Positions 56,006-64,000 of a DNA stretch of 64,000 bases are shown here, piece after piece. A model generated the notes under the pieces. It did no database searches, was not told the DNA's origin, and worked only from the letters and a program-made list of their open reading frames with translations. The position numbers were made by a program, and so were the translations under genes. This DNA comes from an uncultured Chitinophaga sp. (GTDB lineage: Bacteria > Bacteroidota > Bacteroidia > Chitinophagales > LD1): assembly GCA_964631835.1 (NCBI GenBank), contig CAZWAD010000012.1, positions 29,916 to 93,915 on the forward strand, written 5' to 3'. Each line of letters opens with the position of its first letter. The stretch's first letter is position 1.

Positions 56006-57688
56006 TTATTCAACAATAACCCGTTTTGCAATTGATTTATTGTTTACGGTAAAAGTAACCATGTAAATACCGGGTGGCGTTCCCAGCAAATCAATTTCAT
56101 CAATATAGTTTCCGGTAGTTTTTGTTTCATTGGCAGCCAGGGATATTGTTTTTCCCAGTACATCGGTTAGCCGAACTGATACATTGGAGGCTTGCTGCAA
56201 AATATAATTCAGGTACAACGTACCAAGAACCGGGTTTGGAAAAACGGTGAGATGAATATCTGGCTCATGTGATGGCGCGGGCACTGACGACAAAAAATTA
56301 CCATAGATATACTGAAAGCCCATTACCATCATTTCTTCATCGGATGTTAAGCCCCAGAGAACAGGGTCGGGTCCATTGGTATTACGATATTTTGCTCGGT
56401 GAATAAGCCCCAACCGGGGGTCAACTTCCAGCAAAGAATCATCAGGGAAAAATTCGAAAGTAACATCCACACCGGTACGGTAATAGCCCACCATAAAGCC
56501 CTGCTCATAGCTGTACCAGCCCTCATAAATCTGGTTGGTTGAATCAACGTCCATAGAGCCGCTAGGTTTTCTCTTGAAAACATCATAATCAGTCCCGTAC
56601 TTATGTGTATGTGTATATAGCTGCCATATTTTCCACATCCTTGTTTCGGAAGAATCATAGGCTAACTCAGTAAAGGTATGTTCCTGGCCGTCCTGTGGTA
56701 TAGAAATAGTGAAAATCGGGAAGTTTCTGATGAGCATATAATTAAGCGCAGTACCTACAGGTTGTGTAAATACATTAATGTAAAGGTCCAGCGCCATCAC
56801 CGAATCCATGCTGCTGTTTCTGATGTGTAGATTAAGGTCTAACGGAGTATTCTGGCTCCAGTAGTATGCTGTACCTGCTGGAAGTTGATACTCCCAAAAG
56901 TTAGGCCCTGTGCCGATACCGTCTAAAACATCTGCATGAGAGTCTTGCGATGGTTCAACAATTGAATTTCGCAAACCCTCACGGTAATTATTTTCACCAC
57001 CGGGTAAAAACTTGTAAATAACAAAATGGTGAGTGCCTGAGGGCAACATGGTTTCAATGCGCGGAATTTCAATGTCACTGTTCAGTTTTGGTGTATGCTT
57101 GATGAAGTAATAAGTTTCATAATTGGGCTGAATGAATACTTTGCCAACATATATCTGGAACCCTGAACCTGCTGGCGGTGGGTTGTGGTTCGGGTAAAAG
57201 TCATCTATTCCGCCTTCGCGGTAATACTTATTTATCAAGGCCGTATCAACTACATCTCCTGTTTGTGGTGCACCAAACAAAATCCACTGGCGTATAAGTT
57301 CTATTTCCGGTTTCGATAAGGGGTTTGGTCCTGAAGGCATATCTGCACCTTCGGTTTGCGCCAAGTCCAGATGAATGTTTGATTCATTAAGACCGTGAGC
57401 AATTTTTCTTAACAGAAAACTTCTGTCCACGTAGCCGGGTTTAATGAGCTTATCGCCTTTTGCTGCTGCTGCGGGATTAAGAGGTGAGGCGTTCACTAAT
57501 TGGTTGTACAGAACCGATTCAGAGAGAGAAACGTTAAAAGCCGGATGGCTTCCGCTATGGCAGCCTGACCCTGTGCATTTCATTTGCAATACCTGACGGA
57601 CAAGTGCAAATGTACTCTGGGCTTTTGACTGGAAACTCCAAAAGAAAATAAACCCTGAAAGAAGGATTGTATAAAATTTAACCTGCAT
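56006..57688 (-). CDS. T9SS cargo with N-terminal C-x4-CH module and a PHM/DBH-like (copper type II monooxygenase-like) His/Met pattern
   Basis: Signal peptide. 'CTGSGCHSG...MPSGPNPLSKPEIELIRQWILFGAP'. HH at about residues 220-221 ('GTHHFVIY'), H at about 288 ('LNLHIRN'), HxH at about 360-362 ('YTHTHKYG'), 'SDEEMMVMGFQYIY' at about 450. C-terminal 'LTVFPNPVLGTLYL...GIYMVTFTVNNKSIAKRVIVE'. Confidence 0.5.
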   Translation of the reverse strand: MQVKFYTILLSGFIFFWSFQSKAQSTFALVRQVLQMKCTGSGCHSGSHPAFNVSLSESVLYNQLVNASPLNPAAAAKGDKLIKPGYVDRSFLLRKIAHGLNESNIHLDLAQTEGADMPSGPNPLSKPEIELIRQWILFGAPQTGDVVDTALINKYYREGGIDDFYPNHNPPPAGSGFQIYVGKVFIQPNYETYYFIKHTPKLNSDIEIPRIETMLPSGTHHFVIYKFLPGGENNYREGLRNSIVEPSQDSHADVLDGIGTGPNFWEYQLPAGTAYYWSQNTPLDLNLHIRNSSMDSVMALDLYINVFTQPVGTALNYMLIRNFPIFTISIPQDGQEHTFTELAYDSSETRMWKIWQLYTHTHKYGTDYDVFKRKPSGSMDVDSTNQIYEGWYSYEQGFMVGYYRTGVDVTFEFFPDDSLLEVDPRLGLIHRAKYRNTNGPDPVLWGLTSDEEMMVMGFQYIYGNFLSSVPAPSHEPDIHLTVFPNPVLGTLYLNYILQQASNVSVRLTDVLGKTISLAANETKTTGNYIDEIDLLGTPPGIYMVTFTVNNKSIAKRVIVE

Positions 57689-57748
57689 TTTTAGTTATTT
57701 ATTTTGGGTGTCGAAAGTAACAAATTAACCCAATTGACAGATTATTTT

Positions 57749-58615
57749 TTAAGCACTCAGCTCCTTTAATCTTTCTATACGTTTAGGCTCATTTTTACTT
57801 AGCCATATATCATTGCTCAACTCGTCATGTGCAAGCTGAAAATACATCTTGTTTACAGGCTCATTTTTCAGCAGGTGTAGTTCACCAAGTTCCTCGTAAA
57901 CATAACCATCTTTTTTATCATTACTCACTAGTTCTTCAAGCAAGCCAAGCTGAATAGTAATGGCTTCGTCAATCCTATTTAAAGCTCGGAGCGTCCTTGC
58001 TACACACCATTTAGCAATGAATGTTTCCGTTTCCTGCTTTTTATCCTGCCTCCATTTTAATGCCCGCAAAAAAATACTGAGCGCTTTTTCATACTCGCCT
58101 CTGTCAAAATAACTCCATCCAAGGTTGTTATATAGAGAACCCAACCAGCCTTTCGCCCGTTCATTTCCCGACTCTTCTCCATACAATATTGCTTTTTCGT
58201 TCAATGCAGCACTTTCATCAGGCGGAGAAATAATTGCAAGCATGTGTATTGAGTCAATGAAGTAAAAGTCTTCTTTCAAGTTTTTAGAAATATCCATCGC
58301 ATTCCTGAAACATATTTCTGCGTTGCGTTTGTCGCCTGACGAGTTAAACGTTCTTCCCCTTTCCAGAAAATACCGTACATGTTCAATATCAGGCTCTTCA
58401 ATAAGTTGTTTTTCTACATTATCAAGAATTTCATGGGCTTCCTTAAACTTCTGCTGTAAACTTTGAGATCTGGCTAGTTGCGTAAGCAGTTGCAGGTGTG
58501 CTGAAAGATTTTTTTCAGGTGATGATTCTTTTAAGACCTCCCTGAATTTGTTTTCAGTTTCAGCCGGGTCGTTATAGTTCCAAAGTTTGTCGAAGTCTTG
58601 CATAAGCTGTTCCAA
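57749..58615 (-). CDS. tetratricopeptide-repeat protein
   Basis: Cytoplasmic helical protein with several TPR-like units, e.g. 'LGWSYFDRGEYEKALSIFLRALK'. Confidence 0.65.
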   Translation of the reverse strand: MEQLMQDFDKLWNYNDPAETENKFREVLKESSPEKNLSAHLQLLTQLARSQSLQQKFKEAHEILDNVEKQLIEEPDIEHVRYFLERGRTFNSSGDKRNAEICFRNAMDISKNLKEDFYFIDSIHMLAIISPPDESAALNEKAILYGEESGNERAKGWLGSLYNNLGWSYFDRGEYEKALSIFLRALKWRQDKKQETETFIAKWCVARTLRALNRIDEAITIQLGLLEELVSNDKKDGYVYEELGELHLLKNEPVNKMYFQLAHDELSNDIWLSKNEPKRIERLKELSA

Positions 58616-58761
58616 TTATTATCCGGTCTGCAATTTTATAAATTCAGCTTCAATAAGATATCTACTTAAATTCTGATGATATTTATAAAACAGTTTCTAT
58701 CTGTAAAAAACAAAAAACTCCGGAAAACTCCGGAGTTTTTTGTTTCAATGGTGTTGTTTCT

Positions 58762-61098
58762 TTACAACTCTTTTTTAATTCCGGTAATCTTAAATTCGGT
58801 TCTGCGGTTGATGGCACGACCGGCAGGGTCGTCTTTTCCATCGGGGCCGGTATTTGGCACTTTCGGGCGGCTCTCGCCATAACCCACTGGCTTCATTCTT
58901 TCTTTACCTATGCCTTTACCTACTAAGTAATTCACGCAGCTTTCAGCACGAGCTTGAGAAAGTTTCATATTGGCAGCATCAGAACCAATGGCATCGGTAT
59001 GAGAACTAAGTTCTATGATGAACGATGGATTCTCTACAAGAATTTGATAAAGAGTATCCAATACAATTTTTGAAGCCTCAGTGAGGGTTGCTTTGCCAAA
59101 TTCATAAAGGATATTTTGGAGAGCATAGTCTTTATTGATTTCAAGTTTTACAAGGCTAATATCTTTACGAATAGTGTCCATATTGCCCAGATTCATGGTG
59201 CTCAGATTAGTTACTTTAGTAAAGTATCCCTCTTTACGGGTAATTATTTTAAAGTTTGAATTGCCCTGAATGTCGAAAGCGTAAAAAGGATTGGAATTCA
59301 TATAGTAAACAGTTTTCTCAAGCCCGTTAGGATAAATCTGAATGATAGTAACACTTACGTTGAGCAACTTTTCATTACTTCCTTCTTCAGTCAATAAGCC
59401 CTTAACGGTGTATGTTTCTTTGCGAACATTAAAGTTGTTCTGAATAGTGTCTTCATCCGGCAAGCCAACAGTAGTAACCGCTTCTTCTTTTACCTGATAG
59501 CCATCCTTTTCCACACCAACAATATAGTCTGTTTCAGGAGCCATTTTGAAGATATAGTACCCGTCTTTATTAGACGAATCAATAGCAACCAGTTCGCGTG
59601 TTCCGTCAGGAAGTTTTTTGTAGAGTTTAAAAGTAGCACCGGTAAGAGGTCCGCCACCGTCCTCGCCTTCTTTAAATACAATTCCCTGAACGGCAAACTT
59701 CCAGTTTTCCCAATGGAAAATATCATCTGACGCAGTTTCAATTCCGTTAAGTGGGGTGCTGCCTTTGCGGTTGGAAGTAAGATAACCTCTTGTCTGGTCA
59801 GGATTTCTTGAATAGTACAAATCATCAGCACCGGTGTTAATAGGAGTACCTACATTAGTCACCTCGCTCCAGCTTAAATCAGCATTTTCGGTACTTTTGA
59901 AAACATCATAACCACCGAAGCCCGGATGACCGTTTGAACTGAAGTATAGTGTTTTGGTGCTGTCATCGAAGAATGGAGTTAACTCATCGCCAAAAGTGTT
60001 TACCGGTCCTTTTAAAGGCATAGGTCCTTTGTATTCCCCGTTTTGAGTGCGCAGGTAATACCAAATATCCATTCCGCCAGAGCCACCTTCGCGGTCGGTA
60101 GAGAAATAGATAATATCCATTCCGTCATCAGATGTTCTTACGCAAGGCTGGGTAGCCGTATTTTTTTCTTTTGAATTAATCGGGTCGGGCAGGCGTTCCA
60201 CATTTGAAAGAACTCCATCGTTACAATCAGCAGAAAATAAATTGCAAAGAGAGCGGTCATCATCCATTTCCAAACACTTGGTGAAATAGAATTTGGTTCG
60301 GGCCTTATTAAACGTTCCGTTGCCAACAATGTATCCTTCTTCATTAATGGCAGGATTGTTAACCGGTTCACCTTTCATCCACTCATTTCCTTGTTTGCCG
60401 CTGCGCATAATCTGGTAAACCCGTTTGGATTTAGGCCCTTCGAAGAAAACCAATGTATCGCCAGTACTGATGGCATCAATTTTCAGCGAGGTGTAATACA
60501 AGCTATTTTCATCGTACAAGAACGGAGCGGCTTCTGTATAAGATTTGTTTACACCGGCACCCGCATTACGGACTTTTACCCGTGCTTTGGGCATTGTTTT
60601 AGCCAGGTTGCAGCCTTCAATTTCAACCTGTGCCCATTTTTTCAAATTGTCGTTTTCATCTTTAGGAACGTAATTGCTCACAAACCGGTTGAGGTAAATA
60701 AGCGCTTCATCATGCTTGCCGTTGCGATGTAATACCTGCCCGTAGTAATAATCGCCTTTATTGAATAATACACGGGTTTCTTCATCCCATTTTTTCTGCT
60801 TTGTTTTTTCACCGGGCTTCATACTGTAGAACTGGGCAAAGAAAATTTCAGAGTTTTCATAATCGCGAGCCATCAGCAGCGACATTGCCAGCCAGAAGTT
60901 AGCATAACGGCTGGAGGAGTCTTGCCGGACTACATCCTTATAATATTCTGAAGCCGTATAAAAATATGACTCAGCATAAAACCTGTCTGCAATTTTCAAC
61001 TGCACTGCCGGAGTTTTAGAAGGCACGCGGTATTTTTGAGAAAACAAAAGCGAGGTGCTTAAGAGAGCACAAATCGTGAGAATAAAATTCTTCTTCAT
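58762..61098 (-). CDS. OmpA-family protein (TPR + TolB-like beta-propeller + CarboxypepD_reg-like + OmpA C-terminal domain)
   Basis: Signal peptide. C-terminal OmpA-like 'ILYEFGKATL...ELSSHTDAIGSDAANMKLSQARAESCVNYL...GYGESRP...GRAINRRTEF'. Confidence 0.85.
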   Translation of the reverse strand: MKKNFILTICALLSTSLLFSQKYRVPSKTPAVQLKIADRFYAESYFYTASEYYKDVVRQDSSSRYANFWLAMSLLMARDYENSEIFFAQFYSMKPGEKTKQKKWDEETRVLFNKGDYYYGQVLHRNGKHDEALIYLNRFVSNYVPKDENDNLKKWAQVEIEGCNLAKTMPKARVKVRNAGAGVNKSYTEAAPFLYDENSLYYTSLKIDAISTGDTLVFFEGPKSKRVYQIMRSGKQGNEWMKGEPVNNPAINEEGYIVGNGTFNKARTKFYFTKCLEMDDDRSLCNLFSADCNDGVLSNVERLPDPINSKEKNTATQPCVRTSDDGMDIIYFSTDREGGSGGMDIWYYLRTQNGEYKGPMPLKGPVNTFGDELTPFFDDSTKTLYFSSNGHPGFGGYDVFKSTENADLSWSEVTNVGTPINTGADDLYYSRNPDQTRGYLTSNRKGSTPLNGIETASDDIFHWENWKFAVQGIVFKEGEDGGGPLTGATFKLYKKLPDGTRELVAIDSSNKDGYYIFKMAPETDYIVGVEKDGYQVKEEAVTTVGLPDEDTIQNNFNVRKETYTVKGLLTEEGSNEKLLNVSVTIIQIYPNGLEKTVYYMNSNPFYAFDIQGNSNFKIITRKEGYFTKVTNLSTMNLGNMDTIRKDISLVKLEINKDYALQNILYEFGKATLTEASKIVLDTLYQILVENPSFIIELSSHTDAIGSDAANMKLSQARAESCVNYLVGKGIGKERMKPVGYGESRPKVPNTGPDGKDDPAGRAINRRTEFKITGIKKEL

Positions 61099-61190
61099 CG
61101 TTTGGTTTTTAGGTTTCCGTATTTATCAAAAAAAACCTGCCGTGTGTCGCAGGTTTTAATTTTTCAGTAAACAAAACTTCTTACGTTCAA

Positions 61191-62270
61191 TTAAAATCTG
61201 CGGCTTGGCAACGACTTGTTAGCTTTGAATGACTTAATCGTTTCGCCCACATAAGCCAATGAGATTTCGAAAGCACCCCGGTTTGTTGTAGATGTTTTCA
61301 AATCTGAAATATTAACATCGTAAGCAAATCCAAGGCGTACATTTCTGAATTCAATATTCGCCATCGGAATAATTGCATCGTTAGTTCCTGAACTCATTCC
61401 GGCATAGCGGTAGCGAACGCCCGCACTTACGCTGTTGTTATTCCTGAATCCGGTGTTGAAGTAATAAGTTGCGGAAAGACCCGGAAGGATTTCCATAAAC
61501 GGCTGCTGATACATCAACAGGAACTCCGGAGAAATAGAAACTTTCTTTTTCTTGCCAATCAAGAATTCAAGATTTAAATCAGCATTGTATTTACGGGGAA
61601 GAACACTGTTCTTATCCGTATCCAAAGTAGTTTGTGAAGTAACAACCGATTGCTTAGGTTCAATCAAGTGATAAGCAGCAAAACCAACTCCTAATCTAAC
61701 TCTGTCTTTGAAGTTAGACCTCCAGTACAAACCGGCATTAAAATCGAAATTGTAAAAGCCGCGGTTGTAATCTTCGTTGGTGTAGTTACGAGGTGTTTGG
61801 TTGTGGCCAAGGAACTGGTCTCCGAAAATAGGATCACTTACAGATTTCTGAATAAATGCGCCTTGCAAACCTAAGCTTAAACGATGCTGCCCTTTTTTGC
61901 CAAATCCTTTGTGATAAGCCACAGAAAGACTTGCATTCATAATGGAAAGACCGGCAGCCCCTGAACGGTCATTAAAGAAACCTACGCCTATAGCCAGTTT
62001 ATCGGTTCTTAGGTACCCTTCGAGCAGGCAGAAATCCACATCAGCGCCAATAGTATGGAACCCATCTTTGCCAACTGCACTTGACCATTGATTGCGGTAA
62101 ATAGCAGCCAAACGGTAGCTCCCGTCATAATTTCCTACAAGTGAAGGATTAAGGAAAGATGCGTGCGTATAGTATTGTGAGAAATGCAAATCCTGCGCAG
62201 TGGTTTTTAAAGCCAACAAGGGGATTGCCGTTAATAATACGCTTTTGAAAATTTTTGTAAAAAGACGCAT
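61191..62270 (-). CDS. type IX secretion system membrane protein, PorP/SprF family
   Basis: Signal peptide followed by the family hallmark 'QDLHFSQYYTHASFLNPSLVG'. Beta-barrel-like alternation. Typical pairing with the downstream OmpA-family gene. Confidence 0.85.
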   Translation of the reverse strand: MRLFTKIFKSVLLTAIPLLALKTTAQDLHFSQYYTHASFLNPSLVGNYDGSYRLAAIYRNQWSSAVGKDGFHTIGADVDFCLLEGYLRTDKLAIGVGFFNDRSGAAGLSIMNASLSVAYHKGFGKKGQHRLSLGLQGAFIQKSVSDPIFGDQFLGHNQTPRNYTNEDYNRGFYNFDFNAGLYWRSNFKDRVRLGVGFAAYHLIEPKQSVVTSQTTLDTDKNSVLPRKYNADLNLEFLIGKKKKVSISPEFLLMYQQPFMEILPGLSATYYFNTGFRNNNSVSAGVRYRYAGMSSGTNDAIIPMANIEFRNVRLGFAYDVNISDLKTSTTNRGAFEISLAYVGETIKSFKANKSLPSRRF

Positions 62271-62341
62271 AATTCAGGTTTTGTTTTTGAATATGCACCA
62301 AATGTATGAAAGGTTTTGGATTACCAAAGTGAAGGGAAAAT

Positions 62342-63718
62342 TTATTTTTCCACTACTTTCATAAACATCCCGTTTTTTGGACGCAAGGTTATCATAGGTT
62401 CCGGTTCTACAACAAAGTTTGGCTTGAGCTGAAACCTGAAATTCCGGTAAAAATGAATAAGGATAATTTGCATTTCAAGCAGTGCGAAGTTATTTCCGAT
62501 GCACAATCTCGGTCCGCCACCGAAAGGAAAATAGACATAGCGGTTTATGTTGTGTTTTTTTTCAGGCGAAAACCTTTCGGGTTTAAATTTCAATGGCTCG
62601 TCCCAGTATTTTTCACTGTGGTGGAAATGCCAAATCGGAATTAATACGTTGGTATCTTTAAAAATCCGGTAGCCGCCAATTTCATCATCCTCATTATTTC
62701 TTCTGCCTACCATCCATGCAGGTGGAAACAGGCGCATACTTTCTTCAACTACCTGCCGCACATATTGAAATCCCATCACATTGCTGAAATTCAGTTCTGT
62801 TCCCGCATTCAGTTTTTCATCAATCTCCTGAATCATCTTTCCTTCGGCTTCGGGGTTTTGAGAAAGAAGGTAAAGAGTCCAGGTCATGGCATATGCTGTG
62901 GTTTCATTACCGGCAATGAAAATAGTCATTACTTCATCGCGCAGCTGCCGGTTGTCCATCGCTTCACCTGTTTCTTCATCGCGGGCATCGAGCAGCATGG
63001 AAAGCAAATCACTTTTCGAAACTCCTTCCTTTCTTCTTTGGTCTATGATTGAATAAATCAAATCGTCCAGCGCTTTAATAGCTTTTCGCTCGCGCATATT
63101 AAAAGGAGTAGGGAAGGAGGCAGGCAACCGGATGGGCTGGTTCAGTTTCTCAGTCGTGTATTCATTCAGCAGCGTAATTTGTTTTGCCACAAAATCTTCC
63201 TTGCCATCAACACCGTTGCTGAAAATCGCTTCAGAGATAATATCAAGGGTAAGAGCCGTCATTTCAGCGCCAACATCAAAGTATTCACCCGTTTTGGCTT
63301 TGGGTCTTAGTCTTTCCACTTCACGTTCGGTGCGTTTGATCATCATGTCGGTAAGTTCAGCCAGTTTCTGTTTGTGAAATGCGGGCTGCATTAAGCGCCT
63401 TTGCTTTCTCCAGAAATCACCTTCACTGGTAAGTAATCCATTGCCCAGCAGAATTCTGAGCATATCGTAGGCTAAACTCTTCCTGTAGTTTTTGTTGTTT
63501 TCAACCAAAACATATTGAGCATATTCGGGTTTTGCTGCGATAACTATCCGGTTAAAGGGGAGAGACAGTGAAAAAATTTCTCCGTACTGTTTTACCAGCT
63601 TTTCAATTTGTTCATGCGCTTTTTCACGGAGCATGTAGCCGCTTCCGAAAAGCCAGTGTTTTTCTTTCGGAAACGGAGGAACGGATTTTTTCTTTTGAGG
63701 CGCAGCAGCAACTTCCAT
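62342..63718 (-). CDS. cytochrome P450
   Basis: Heme-binding loop 'FPFGGGPRLCIGNNFA', 'EESMRL' (ExxR) and I-helix 'AGNETTA'. Confidence 0.9.
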   Translation of the reverse strand: MEVAAAPQKKKSVPPFPKEKHWLFGSGYMLREKAHEQIEKLVKQYGEIFSLSLPFNRIVIAAKPEYAQYVLVENNKNYRKSLAYDMLRILLGNGLLTSEGDFWRKQRRLMQPAFHKQKLAELTDMMIKRTEREVERLRPKAKTGEYFDVGAEMTALTLDIISEAIFSNGVDGKEDFVAKQITLLNEYTTEKLNQPIRLPASFPTPFNMRERKAIKALDDLIYSIIDQRRKEGVSKSDLLSMLLDARDEETGEAMDNRQLRDEVMTIFIAGNETTAYAMTWTLYLLSQNPEAEGKMIQEIDEKLNAGTELNFSNVMGFQYVRQVVEESMRLFPPAWMVGRRNNEDDEIGGYRIFKDTNVLIPIWHFHHSEKYWDEPLKFKPERFSPEKKHNINRYVYFPFGGGPRLCIGNNFALLEMQIILIHFYRNFRFQLKPNFVVEPEPMITLRPKNGMFMKVVEK

Positions 63719-63729
63719 ATCTAATTACT

Positions 63730-64000
63730 TCAGGTTTTTTTCAGTGTATATTTTCTCCAAAGATACACAGTCATAATTAACCCAAGGACAAACAACACAA
63801 TTGATATTTCCTCGCTCTGCCGGAGTTGGATTCCGAAATAGTTATGAAGATCTCTTCTTTCCAGATCACGCCATTGTTCAATCGTGAACCGTTGTATTCC
63901 GATGAGTATCATAAACAAGCCGAAAAGAATTCCGGGTTTGTAGGTTAACCGCTTTCGCAAACTCCACAGGATGACGAAAATGGTCGTACACATCAGAAAT
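63730..64000 (-). CDS. second Lgt-like protein, C-terminal part (N-terminus outside window)
   Basis: The frame is open to the window edge. 'GILFGLFMILIGIQRFTIEQWRD...IQLRQSEEISIVLFVLGLIMTVYLW' parallels the E. coli Lgt C-terminus 'GRFTVEFFRQPD...[21 protein letters not shown]'. Confidence 0.55.
   Translation of the reverse strand, partial: FLMCTTIFVILWSLRKRLTYKPGILFGLFMILIGIQRFTIEQWRDLERRDLHNYFGIQLRQSEEISIVLFVLGLIMTVYLWRKYTLKKT

Noticed and set aside
58676-58882. Short ORFs 58676-58882 (+) and 58683-58880 (-) at the 3' end of the OmpA-family gene
   Set aside because: They overlap the conserved OmpA C-terminal domain coding region and the intergenic tail. No supporting features.
1-64000. Prophage, transposon, ICE or known defence-system content
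   Set aside because: I saw no integrase, transposase, terminase, capsid, restriction-modification, Cas, toxin-antitoxin pair or nucleotide-cyclase motifs in any long ORF. The holin-family-IV-like gene (33480-33878) is a common stand-alone membrane protein and is not flanked by phage genes.

Overview
The window looks like an ordinary chromosomal stretch from a Bacteroidota-type genome. The evidence is eight predicted proteins with T9SS C-terminal sorting domains, a PorP/SprF-OmpA gene pair, several TAnnTTTG -7 promoter boxes and weak Shine-Dalgarno usage. I support about 50 CDS. Housekeeping genes include aconitase, CrcB, FabH, two Lgt paralogs, a DjlA-like co-chaperone, a beta-oxidation set (acyl-CoA dehydrogenase, FadB-like fusion, thiolase), a fused 2-oxoacid dehydrogenase E1, a histidine kinase/OmpR pair, a Crp/Fnr regulator, a CaCA antiporter and a P450. 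The rest are mostly secreted proteins or lipoproteins of unknown function. I found no rRNA, tRNA, CRISPR array, transposase, integrase or recognisable defence-gene cassette, and no clear multi-gene novel system. The most unusual structure is an indel-free array of 16 x 21-bp repeats with an AGTACT-like core at 12788-13123. It is open as a heptad-repeat ORF on the minus strand and sits between an XRE regulator gene and an unknown FN3-tailed gene. Other points worth a second look: a roughly 1100-aa T9SS cargo combining SLT-like and amidase_2 muralytic domains, with two heptanucleotide repeats in its sorting domain; a T9SS cargo whose His/Met spacing resembles PHM/DBH copper monooxygenases; an 860-bp gene-free gap with an orphan intrinsic terminator; and a secreted protein with six 19-aa Trp-rich repeats. 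All product names come from motif recognition by eye. No database search was run.
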